Positions 32,794 through 43,196 of a DNA stretch of 64,000 nucleotides are shown here, piece by piece. Numbering within the stretch: position 1 is the first letter of the stretch; the number at the start of each line of letters is the position of its first letter. Below the pieces are notes generated by a model that did no database searches, was not told where the DNA came from, and worked only from the letters and a program-made list of their open reading frames with translations. Where the stretch lies: the NCBI GenBank assembly GCA_946965045.2, contig OX337234.1, positions 744,001 to 808,000 of the forward strand, written 5' to 3'. The position numbers were made by a program, and so were the translations under genes. The stretch comes from Epithemia pelagica. Taxonomy: Eukaryota; Protista; Bacillariophyta.

Positions 32794-34197
32794 CTAGGAA
32801 CGAATCGATCCACCTCGTCTTGCATAAATGGTAAAGTAACCCTCTGGAATACCATTCTGTTGCTGCTTTGATGATCTCTTGTGGTTATCCACTCGCTTTG
32901 GAGCTTCTTCGTCGTAGAAGACAACCCGCCTGGGACTCCCGCTGGTCAACGACCCCAAGAAAGGCTCTTCTTCAAATCGGACGAGCTCGCATGGACTAAA
33001 ACAAACAGTTTCCTCAATGCCATAGAGATGTCGAATTCCCATTGATTTCAAAGTAGTGAGACTTACAACAAAGAATGGCTTGTGTTCCCAAGAGTTTTGG
33101 ATGAGAAACTCTAAATCTCCATTCACGAGACGAGCGCCCACGACAAGAACGGCATGGTTGGGGTTGAGAAACTGTGCGGACTGTTCCTCATGCCACGGCG
33201 CGCGAAATAGCAAATCGTCACTGTCGATAAGCTCTTGTGTGACCTTCAATCCCTCAATCATGTATGCACCGTTTGTCTGCAGTGTCTCTGAGAAAATGTC
33301 AAAGAGCGTACGAGCTCTGAGACAGGAAATTGGAATTTTGTGGTTGACTTCTATCTCGGGATTCTGTTCCTGCAGGAGTCTTTTGGCATGAGGCTCTAAA
33401 TGGCCACCGTCGCCGCGAAAGATATTGGAAAAGATCTCTTTGGGGGAGAATCTGTTCCGCATGTACCGACACACATTGATGTGTTTGTACTTTGGCTCTT
33501 TCTCCACAACATCATCCGAGGAGCTAGTTCTTTTCTTTACTCGTTGAAGTTCGCCCAAGTAGTAAATGGCGTTCGCCACCACGACAGCGTAGCAGATCGT
33601 TGAGTCTTGTCGCTGGTATCGGAGAAAGGGTTTGACACCTTCATCAAAAAGGGTTACCTTGGTTTCGGATTTTTCGGTACCCCATTCTGGATGGCGTTGA
33701 AGAAAGTCTGCAAATTTCGAATGACCAGAATCACCAGAGTCTTCTTCGTCGCCTTTCTTCCGGACAAAGGCATCAAGTCTCTTTCCAAATGCAGACTCGG
33801 GATCCATTACAGCGTCGATGAGATTTTGGAATATACAGTTTGGGTCTTTTTGAACTAGTTCAGGCTGCTTCTTGAGCAGGAGGAACGCTGCCTTGACCTT
33901 TTGGATTCCGGTGAGTGTGCTCCATTCATGGCGACTAGCAAGAGAATTCCATTCGACAGCTATAGCGTGAATAGGACGGTCCGATAACTTTGCTTGGGGA
34001 GGTGTACATTTGTTCTGCTGAAAGAGGTCGTGGACCGTCTTTAGTCGAGTCTTTGGAGACTGAATACTTCCCGTCGTCTCTTCTTCCTCGTCAGCCTCGG
34101 TGGACGCCGTTACACTTTGAAGATCGGGAATATCCTCAAACTTGCTCCAGTCCATACTCTCAACAGTCTCGTGATTGTTGATGGCTTCTTGACTCAT
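32794..34197 (-). CDS. papain-like cysteine peptidase, array copy (EIEVNHK cassette)
   Basis: 467 aa. QRQDSTICYA, NHAVLVVG and IQNSWE are intact. Confidence 0.82.
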   Translation of the reverse strand: MSQEAINNHETVESMDWSKFEDIPDLQSVTASTEADEEEETTGSIQSPKTRLKTVHDLFQQNKCTPPQAKLSDRPIHAIAVEWNSLASRHEWSTLTGIQKVKAAFLLLKKQPELVQKDPNCIFQNLIDAVMDPESAFGKRLDAFVRKKGDEEDSGDSGHSKFADFLQRHPEWGTEKSETKVTLFDEGVKPFLRYQRQDSTICYAVVVANAIYYLGELQRVKKRTSSSDDVVEKEPKYKHINVCRYMRNRFSPKEIFSNIFRGDGGHLEPHAKRLLQEQNPEIEVNHKIPISCLRARTLFDIFSETLQTNGAYMIEGLKVTQELIDSDDLLFRAPWHEEQSAQFLNPNHAVLVVGARLVNGDLEFLIQNSWEHKPFFVVSLTTLKSMGIRHLYGIEETVCFSPCELVRFEEEPFLGSLTSGSPRRVVFYDEEAPKRVDNHKRSSKQQQNGIPEGYFTIYARRGGSIRS

Positions 34198-34532
34198 TGT
34201 GTAATACTTTCGGTCCTGATCAATATATGAAAAGCAAGAACTCAGACCGTGGACAAAGTTCTACCTTAGTTGTCTTCTTGTGATTTTGGGACTGTGAGAG
34301 GCGTTTCGCAGTTTCGTTTTCGATCGTGGAGGAACACATTGCGCTGCGGGATTAGACTCTCGGAATCGAACGACGTGCAGGCGCGTTTACGCTCCCCCTT
34401 GTGTTGTTGTGAGCCACACAAAACGGCGATCGATTTCCTAGTAAAGGTAGATCCATGGAACGCTAGGCGGACCTGACTGGAATTTTCAAAGCAATAAAAG
34501 GTATACTGTAGCGGTCCATTCCTTTGCTGTTT

Positions 34533-34883
34533 TTATGTTGTTTCCTGTTCTTCTTCTTCTTCTTGTGATTGTTTGCATTGGGCCAGATGCTCTTGCAACT
34601 TCACGAGGCAATTGGCGGCCTGGAGATAGGATTGCAAACACGCACGAGCCTCTTGTTGCGCCCGATGCAATTCCTTGGGTGGCAAAGCTCCCGCCAACAA
34701 TTCCAAAGGATCCATCAAGCCATTGGGAGAAAAAGAGGAAGCCAATGACGACGACGACGACACGGGTGGTTGAGACTCGGACTTGGCGGGTTCTTCCTCT
34801 GTTTCAGTCACAACCAACATTATTCCAGGAGTGGTTGTAGTCTTGTGGTCCGTTGTGCCCTTGTTTCGTCGTCGTTGTCGCAA
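34533..34883 (-). CDS. short ORF resembling the C-terminus of CCDC115/Vma22; repeated in each unit (also 39473, 50722, 55662, 60602; relatives at 29528 and 24839)
   Basis: DPLELLAGALPPKELHRAQQEARACLQSYLQAAN resembles the DPLxxFGxLxPxxLRxAQ motif. The N-terminal half of the family is not recognisable, so it may be a fragment. Confidence 0.3.
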   Translation of the reverse strand: MRQRRRNKGTTDHKTTTTPGIMLVVTETEEEPAKSESQPPVSSSSSLASSFSPNGLMDPLELLAGALPPKELHRAQQEARACLQSYLQAANCLVKLQEHLAQCKQSQEEEEEQETT

Positions 34884-37733
34884 TCCTGTTTGTTCGGTGG
34901 GAGCATGGATTCGTCGGCTTGGTTCGCTTCTTCTACTGCTTCTTCACGATGCAAGTCGGGAATGTCACCATCCGTTTTCGTTTGTTTCGTGGTTCGTTCC
35001 GCCTTGGTTACTGTGATTGTGGTTGTTTGAGTGGTGGTCGTTGGTCCAGATCAAGGAGACATGAGTCGTGGTGGTGCCTGGTGCGTCTTGTTGTGTATTA
35101 TTCTTGTTGTGATCTGTAGTCGCACATGGAGGCGAGTGGACTTTCCCATCGTACATTGGAAGCGGTGCAGTAGGATTCCATGGCCAATAGTGCAGTAGCT
35201 GTAACCGAGAAAGACAGCACAGGTGTCGTTGATCTCCAAAGTTTTTTTCCCAATGAGCGTCTGTAGCCGACGGAAGTTTGAGTGTGGTGATGGCTTATCG
35301 ACTTGTGCACCCCAAAATACCGTCTTGAAATTCCGGTAATGTTGAGCAGAAAGATGTCAAGCCTGCGACAACACCCACAGTCAACAAGCGATTTGACAGG
35401 CGTCAAAACACATGAGACAACCGCATCTCCAATGTCGTATAAGACATCCGGGCAAAATAATGCGTCTGGTCATGATCGCCTGTGTTTTGACCCTCAAAGC
35501 CAACCCGAAATGCCCAGGTATCAAAAGCACTCGGTATCTTTAAATCATGGTTGAAAGCCTTTTTTCTCTTGAACTTCCTGTGGCCTTGTCGCTCGGGTAG
35601 GTGCCAGCTACAGTTAGGACGACAACAGCATGCGGAGAGCTGCAAATGTCCAATACGGTTAGCGTGGAGGCCTCAGAACCATTCTGTGCACACAAAATAG
35701 ATGGCCTCCCGTTTCAAAATAGTGAAAACCGTCACCTAGAACGATTCTAATATCACAATTCGAAAATCAGCAACACAACCGATTGGAATACCGCCTTCGT
35801 AGACTTGGCCAAACGCGTAGGGGAGCAAACAAGAGGAGCAAAGCTGCCAAACATTTTGTGGACCCTGATCGTTGCCCTCATCGCTGGATAGATGCTTTGA
35901 GCAGATCGTGCATCTTTATTTCGGCACTCTGCTGCTTCTGTCGTTGTCGCTTGCATATTCCATGACTGAATGGGCTTGATGCATGCTCTCACTCTTTCAG
36001 GTGCAACGACCAAAAGGTCTTTGCTGTTCAACGTCAGTCCGTCGTCTCGGCTTTAGTAATCCAACTGTAACTGTGGGCAATGAGATATTCTTGATTGGAG
36101 CAAGGACAATGATCAACAGCAAACGTCGGTCACGCAGTGATCATAACGATAGCCCAGGTGCGTTGAAGAAAGATAGTCGGTTTGGAAAGTATTACAAAAT
36201 GAAGTCTGTTGGTCTATACCTGAAGGAGCCCTTCGCAATGTCATGACTCGAGACAGTGTAGACCTTGATTGGGAGAAGAACTATGAAGACCACATATCGA
36301 AGCCCGCATGTGATTCCATGGATGGTCCTGCCTAAAAGATAACGAACGATTCTCAAAGTTAATCTGTAGGTTTACCGGACGGTGCCGCAATTAACGCAAT
36401 GACAAGGGAAGATGTTGACCCGAGGGCTCTGGAATTAGACTGGGACAAGAAATATGAAGCAAAACACTGGAAGAGGAAATCTGTTGGCTTACCCGACGGA
36501 TGTTGTGATATGAGAGAGCTTGGATTTAGAACGTCAATTCTAGGCGACAGCGTTGGAGAAAAAGACCAGTGTGCTACAATATTTGGTCAAGTTGGGATGA
36601 AAAACGATGAAGAGCTCCTCAAGTTCAGGAAAGATCTAGAGCATGCGAAAAAAACCCAAGTCTGTACTCATGGCAGCGATTTCATCGAAGGCTGAGACAC
36701 AATAAGATGCTTCAAACAACGGAAAGCCGGATTGATGGCTGCAAAAGCATCTAAAGGGCAACCCAAAGATGTCAAGCCCTCCGATGGGGAAAATCCGGAT
36801 TGATGGCAGCGATTGCTGCAAAAAGGTCCCAAAACGACAATGACTCTAACGACTAAGGAGGGAGATCTGGATTGATGGTGGCCATTGCCGTCTTGGTGCC
36901 GAAGAATGACACCGCAGATGCTAACAATGATGGAGCAGGATTGGTTGGCTGCAAATGCCGCCAGAGCGCCATATCATGAGAGCACCAAGAATGACAAAGC
37001 GGGATTGATGGCCGCGATTTCCAACAAGGCACCGAAAAATACCAGTAACTCGAATAACAGAGGAGGAAGAGCTGCCTTAGTGGCCACCAAGGGGCCGAAG
37101 AATGAAATGTTCCAGTCTTAGTTAACCAACTACTTGGAGAAACTCGTGTTGTAACTCCATCGTTTTGTTCAAAGATAGAGCCACTTGCTATTCACACTAT
37201 TGTTAGAACTTGACGCAGTAGGCAGTTCCAGTCAAACTGTGATAGTGGACAGCTACTACCGGCAACAAGAATAGCAACAAGTCGGTCACCATTCGGTCCA
37301 ACTAAAGTGACCTGGGTATGCGTGATTTGCCGATGCTCATGGCGGACACTCAATCGGCACGTCGTCCACTACGGGGTTGGGCGTCACATTCACCAAGGAA
37401 GCAGGGTCAGGAGAAGCCTGGATTGAAGCCGGACCCCCGAATCGAGGTGCCAGTTCTTCGAGATCGACCCTTCCTTGGCCAAGCTAGGATTCAATCAAGC
37501 TACCTAGGTAGTATCCATGCCCAGATAGGGGGGATTGAGGTCTTTTGATTCCTTCATTACAATCGATTTCAGTGTTTTGAGTACATAGGCCAATTTTATT
37601 ACCGAAATAGTGGGAACTTGATCTAACGACCCGGATACGTCGAACCAATTTATCATTTTGCGTTCCAACGGCCACTACATGTAGAGAACTGCAATCTGCA
37701 TTCTTGCCCTCAGTAGAGAAGCTGCTGCTACTA

Positions 37734-39137
37734 CTAGGAACGAATCGATCCACCTCGTCTTGCATAAATGGTAAAGTAACCCTCTGGAATACCATTCTGT
37801 TGCTGCTTTGATGATCTCTTGTGGTTATCCACTCGCTTTGGAGCTTCTTCGTCGTAGAAGACAACCCGCCTGGGACTCCCGCTGGTCAACGACCCCAAGA
37901 AAGGCTCTTCTTCAAATCGGACGAGCTCGCATGGACTAAAACAAACAGTTTCCTCAATGCCATAGAGATGTCGAATTCCCATTGATTTCAAAGTAGTGAG
38001 ACTTACAACAAAGAATGGCTTGTGTTCCCAAGAGTTTTGGATGAGAAACTCTAAATCTCCATTCACGAGACGAGCGCCCACGACAAGAACGGCATGGTTG
38101 GGGTTGAGAAACTGTGCGGACTGTTCCTCATGCCACGGCGCGCGAAATAGCAAATCGTCACTGTCGATAAGCTCTTGTGTGACCTTCAATCCCTCAATCA
38201 TGTATGCACCGTTTGTCTGCAGTGTCTCTGAGAAAATGTCAAAGAGCGTACGAGCTCTGAGACAGGAAATTGGAATTTTGTGGTTGACTTCTATCTCGGG
38301 ATTCTGTTCCTGCAGGAGTCTTTTGGCATGAGGCTCTAAATGGCCACCGTCGCCGCGAAAGATATTGGAAAAGATCTCTTTGGGGGAGAATCTGTTCCGC
38401 ATGTACCGACACACATTGATGTGTTTGTACTTTGGCTCTTTCTCCACAACATCATCCGAGGAGCTAGTTCTTTTCTTTACTCGTTGAAGTTCGCCCAAGT
38501 AGTAAATGGCGTTCGCCACCACGACAGCGTAGCAGATCGTTGAGTCTTGTCGCTGGTATCGGAGAAAGGGTTTGACACCTTCATCAAAAAGGGTTACCTT
38601 GGTTTCGGATTTTTCGGTACCCCATTCTGGATGGCGTTGAAGAAAGTCTGCAAATTTCGAATGACCAGAATCACCAGAGTCTTCTTCGTCGCCTTTCTTC
38701 CGGACAAAGGCATCAAGTCTCTTTCCAAATGCAGACTCGGGATCCATTACAGCGTCGATGAGATTTTGGAATATACAGTTTGGGTCTTTTTGAACTAGTT
38801 CAGGCTGCTTCTTGAGCAGGAGGAACGCTGCCTTGACCTTTTGGATTCCGGTGAGTGTGCTCCATTCATGGCGACTAGCAAGAGAATTCCATTCGACAGC
38901 TATAGCGTGAATAGGACGGTCCGATAACTTTGCTTGGGGAGGTGTACATTTGTTCTGCTGAAAGAGGTCGTGGACCGTCTTTAGTCGAGTCTTTGGAGAC
39001 TGAATACTTCCCGTCGTCTCTTCTTCCTCGTCAGCCTCGGTGGACGCCGTTACACTTTGAAGATCGGGAATATCCTCAAACTTGCTCCAGTCCATACTCT
39101 CAACAGTCTCGTGATTGTTGATGGCTTCTTGACTCAT
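37734..39137 (-). CDS. papain-like cysteine peptidase, array copy (EIEVNHK cassette)
   Basis: 467 aa, same protein sequence as 32794..34197. Confidence 0.82.
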   Translation of the reverse strand: MSQEAINNHETVESMDWSKFEDIPDLQSVTASTEADEEEETTGSIQSPKTRLKTVHDLFQQNKCTPPQAKLSDRPIHAIAVEWNSLASRHEWSTLTGIQKVKAAFLLLKKQPELVQKDPNCIFQNLIDAVMDPESAFGKRLDAFVRKKGDEEDSGDSGHSKFADFLQRHPEWGTEKSETKVTLFDEGVKPFLRYQRQDSTICYAVVVANAIYYLGELQRVKKRTSSSDDVVEKEPKYKHINVCRYMRNRFSPKEIFSNIFRGDGGHLEPHAKRLLQEQNPEIEVNHKIPISCLRARTLFDIFSETLQTNGAYMIEGLKVTQELIDSDDLLFRAPWHEEQSAQFLNPNHAVLVVGARLVNGDLEFLIQNSWEHKPFFVVSLTTLKSMGIRHLYGIEETVCFSPCELVRFEEEPFLGSLTSGSPRRVVFYDEEAPKRVDNHKRSSKQQQNGIPEGYFTIYARRGGSIRS

Positions 39138-41420
39138 TGTGTAATACTTTCGGTCCTGATCAATATATGAAAAGCAAGAACTCAGACCGTGGACAAAGTT
39201 CTACCTTAGTTGTCTTCTTGTGATTTTGGGACTGTGAGAGGCGTTTCGCAGTTTCGTTTTCGATCGTGGAGGAACACATTGCGCTGCGGGATTAGACTCT
39301 CGGAATCGAACGACGTGCAGGCGCGTTTACGCTCCCCCTTTTGTTGTTGTGAGCCACACAAAACGGCGATCGATTTCCTAGTAAAGGTAGATCCATGGAA
39401 CGCTAGGCGGACCTGACTGGAATTTTCAAAGCAATAAAAGGTATACTGTAGCGGTCCATTCCTTTGCTGTTTTTATGTTGTTTCCTGTTCTTCTTCTTCT
39501 TCTTGTGATTGTTTGCATTGGGCCAGATGCTCTTGCAACTTCACGAGGCAATTGGCGGCCTGGAGATAGGATTGCAAACACGCACGAGCCTCTTGTTGCG
39601 CCCGATGCAATTCCTTGGGTGGCAAAGCTCCCGCCAACAATTCCAAAGGATCCATCAAGCCATTGGGAGAAAAAGAGGAAGCCAATGACGACGACGACGA
39701 CACGGGTGGTTGAGACTCGGACTTGGCGGGTTCTTCCTCTGTTTCAGTCACAACCAACATTATTCCAGGAGTGGTTGTAGTCTTGTGGTCCGTTGTGCCC
39801 TTGTTTCGTCGTCGTTGTCGCAATCCTGTTTGTTCGGTGGGAGCATGGATTCGTCGGCTTGGTTCGCTTCTTCTACTGCTTCTTCACGATGCAAGTCGGG
39901 AATGTCACCATCCGTTTTCGTTTGTTTCGTGGTTCGTTCCGCCTTGGTTACTGTGATTGTGGTTGTTTGAGTGGTGGTCGTTGGTCCAGATCAAGGAGAC
40001 ATGAGTCGTGGTGGTGCCTGGTGCGTCTTGTTGTGTATTATTCTTGTTGTGATCTGTAGTCGCACATGGAGGCGAGTGGACTTTCCCATCGTACATTGGA
40101 AGCGGTGCAGTAGGATTCCATGGCCAATAGTGCAGTAGCTGTAACCGAGAAAGACAGCACAGGTGTCGTTGATCTCCAAAGTTTTTTTCCCAATGAGCGT
40201 CTGTAGCCGACGGAAGTTTGAGTGTGGTGATGGCTTATCGACTTGTGCACCCCAAAATACCGTCTTGAAATTCCGGTAATGTTGAGCAGAAAGATGTCAA
40301 GCCTGCGACAACACCCACAGTCAACAAGCGATTTGACAGGCGTCAAAACACATGAGACAACCGCATCTCCAATGTCGTATAAGACATCCGGGCAAAATAA
40401 TGCGTCTGGTCATGATCGCCTGTGTTTTGACCCTCAAAGCCAACCCGAAATGCCCAGGTATCAAAAGCACTCGGTATCTTTAAATCATGGTTGAAAGCCT
40501 TTTTTCTCTTGAACTTCCTGTGGCCTTGTCGCTCGGGTAGGTGCCAGCTACAGTTAGGACGACAACAGCATGCGGAGAGCTGCAAATGTCCAATACGGTT
40601 AGCGTGGAGGCCTCAGAACCATTCTGTGCACACAAAATAGATGGCCTCCCGTTTCAAAATAGTGAAAGCCGTCACCTAGAACGATTCTAATATCACAATT
40701 CGAAAATCAGCAACACAACCGATTGGAATACCGCCTTCGTAGACTTGGCCAAACGCGTAGGGGAGCAAACAAGAGGAGCAAAGCTGCCAAACATTTTGTG
40801 GACCCTGATCGTTGCCCTCATCGCTGGATAGATGCTTTGAGCAGATCGTGCATCTTTATTTCGGCACTCTGCTGCTTCTGTCGTTGTCGCTTGCATATTC
40901 CATGACTGAATGGGCTTGATGCATGCTCTCACTCTTTCAGGTGCAACGACCAAAAGGTCTTTGCTGTTCAACGTCAGTCCGTCGTCTCGGCTTTAGTAAT
41001 CCAACTGTAACTGTGGGCAATGAGATATTCTTGATTGGAGCAAGGACAATGATCAACAGCAAACGTCGGTCACGCAGTGATCATAACGATAGCCCAGGTG
41101 CGTTGAAGAAAGATAGTCGGTTTGGAAAGTATTACAAAATGAAGTCTGTTGGTCTATACCTGAAGGAGCCCTTCGCAATGTCATGACTCGAGACAGTGTA
41201 GACCTTGATTGGGAGAAGAACTATGAAGACCACATATCGAAGCCCGCATGTGATTCCATGGATGGTCCTGCCTAAAAGATAACGAACGATTCTCAAAGTT
41301 AATCTGTAGGTTTACCGGACGGTGCCGCAATTAACGCAATGACAAGGGAAGATGTTGACCCGAGGGCTCTGGAATTAGACTGGGACAAGAAATATGAAGC
41401 AAAACACTGGAAGAGGAAAT

Positions 41421-41889
41421 TGTTCAAAATAATGAGATATGGTCAGTGAATGAAGAAGTGCGACCAATATTCGGAACCGGCATTCGGAAGTAGAAGATTC
41501 GACCGACAAGAGACGAGTACCATCTTACCATCGTTATTCCAAAACAGAACAAATGAACCAATGGGCCGACCAAGTCTCATTTGGAGCAACGCGTCATCAA
41601 CAATAACGGCCCAAACAAGTCCAATACATAGAGAAACGAGATCCTATGGCATCCCATAACTGTCGTCGTCTAAACATTCTGACAGGCAAGAACGGGCTGG
41701 ACGACGATACATAGGAAACCAAGATGCAACAAAATCGCAAAAGATCTCCAATCTACTTTATCCAACGGCCGATGATCCAACGGATCACGGCCATCGCTAC
41801 GAGTAGAAGTAAAGACTAAGCACACAACTTAACTTTGTTTTACACGGGTTGAGCTCGTTCTTGTTGCCCACGGTAGCAGGAAAACAACA
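41421..41889 (+). repeat. 5' LTR of copia 2
   Basis: Matches 47256-47724. The one difference I found is G41783 vs C47618. Confidence 0.97.
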
Positions 41890-41903
41890 CGCTTCCTCTG
41901 CGC
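41890..41903 (+). promoter_or_regulatory. putative primer-binding site complementary to the D-arm of initiator tRNA-Met
   Basis: CGCTTCCTCTGCGC directly abuts the 5' LTR. Its reverse complement GCGCAGAGGAAGCG matches the conserved initiator sequence GCGCAG(C/U)GGAAGCG at 13/14. Confidence 0.55.
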
Positions 41904-41939
41904 TGTTACAGCTAAAACGTTGTCAATTCATCATCCACC

Positions 41940-43196
41940 ATGGCCGCAAATTTTGCCCTTTCACCCGCTCATGCCAACGCCAATCAAGTGATCAACTTCA
42001 CGACGGCAGGAGGAGCGAAGTTTTACAAGCAAGCGATTCGCGGATTGTACGATAGCGGAGATCTCTACGACCTTGAAGCCGACGGACTCAAGACGTTCCT
42101 TGATACTCTCCAAGACAGGATCGTTGAACAAAACTGGACTTCGATCTTTGCAATTCCAGAAGCGATCGCTGCCCCCGCCGCCAATCTTCGTTTGCTCACC
42201 AGCGAGTACGGTCGTGTCTCCTTGCAACAAGTCCGTGCCTATGTTGAACACTTCAATGGAGCCAATCGTCAGACACAGAATGCATACATGGCATACACTT
42301 GCATTATGTCATCACTTACCGACGACGCCAAGGCACAGGTCAATATTCGACGCGAAGACTTCACTATCGATGGGCGTGGTTCCGGACCCCTTCTCCTCAA
42401 GGTTTTGATCTCGTTGGCACATGTGGACACCGAAGCCACCGTTATGGTTCTACGCCAACGCCTGGCTGACCTTCACATCTATATTATGGATGTGAACGCG
42501 GACATCGCCAAGTTTAATTTCTACGTAGACGAGACGCTTCGGGCTCTCAACGCGCGCGGCGAGCAGACGCTCGACCTTCTACCGAATCTATTTAAGGCGT
42601 ACGAAACCGTGAACGACGATAACTTTCTCGAGTTCATTCGTCGCAAAAAGAACGCATATGAAGAAGGAGACAATCCAGGACTGACCCCGCGTCAACTAAT
42701 GAGCGTTGCTCGCACCAAGTACCAGACGCTCGTGGAACAGAAGAAATGGCAAGCTCTCTCGGCACGCGACCAGAAATTGATCGCACTTGAAGCATCCGTG
42801 AATAAACTCAAGGAACAGAAACGCAAGACTAACCCCAGTGACCAGAAGAAACAGACAAGCAAAGGGAAGACGGACAAGGCAACTGACAACGATAAGGCCT
42901 GGCTTACGGTGGGACCAAAGAGTGGTCAGTCCGAGACGAAGGAAGTCAACGGAAAAATGTGGTACTGGTGCAAGTGGCACGGAAAGTGGTCGACCAACAA
43001 AAACCACACGTCCGCAACGTGTAACGGACGTGGTCTGACAGGAGATAAGAAACGGGCCTACGACGCAGCCCACGAGAACAGCGATGATACCACGTCTGAG
43101 AACACGGGAACGAACCCAGGACTCCGCCTTGCTAGCGCCTTAGCCGGTGCTACCCACGATGAAGACGATGACAGCGACAACAGCACCGACGAGTGA
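41940..43196 (+). CDS. gag: copia 2 gag
   Basis: 418 aa with C-terminal WYWCKWHGKWSTNKNHTSATC Cys/His motif. Ends in TGA in the same frame as pol. Confidence 0.88.
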   Translation: MAANFALSPAHANANQVINFTTAGGAKFYKQAIRGLYDSGDLYDLEADGLKTFLDTLQDRIVEQNWTSIFAIPEAIAAPAANLRLLTSEYGRVSLQQVRAYVEHFNGANRQTQNAYMAYTCIMSSLTDDAKAQVNIRREDFTIDGRGSGPLLLKVLISLAHVDTEATVMVLRQRLADLHIYIMDVNADIAKFNFYVDETLRALNARGEQTLDLLPNLFKAYETVNDDNFLEFIRRKKNAYEEGDNPGLTPRQLMSVARTKYQTLVEQKKWQALSARDQKLIALEASVNKLKEQKRKTNPSDQKKQTSKGKTDKATDNDKAWLTVGPKSGQSETKEVNGKMWYWCKWHGKWSTNKNHTSATCNGRGLTGDKKRAYDAAHENSDDTTSENTGTNPGLRLASALAGATHDEDDDSDNSTDE

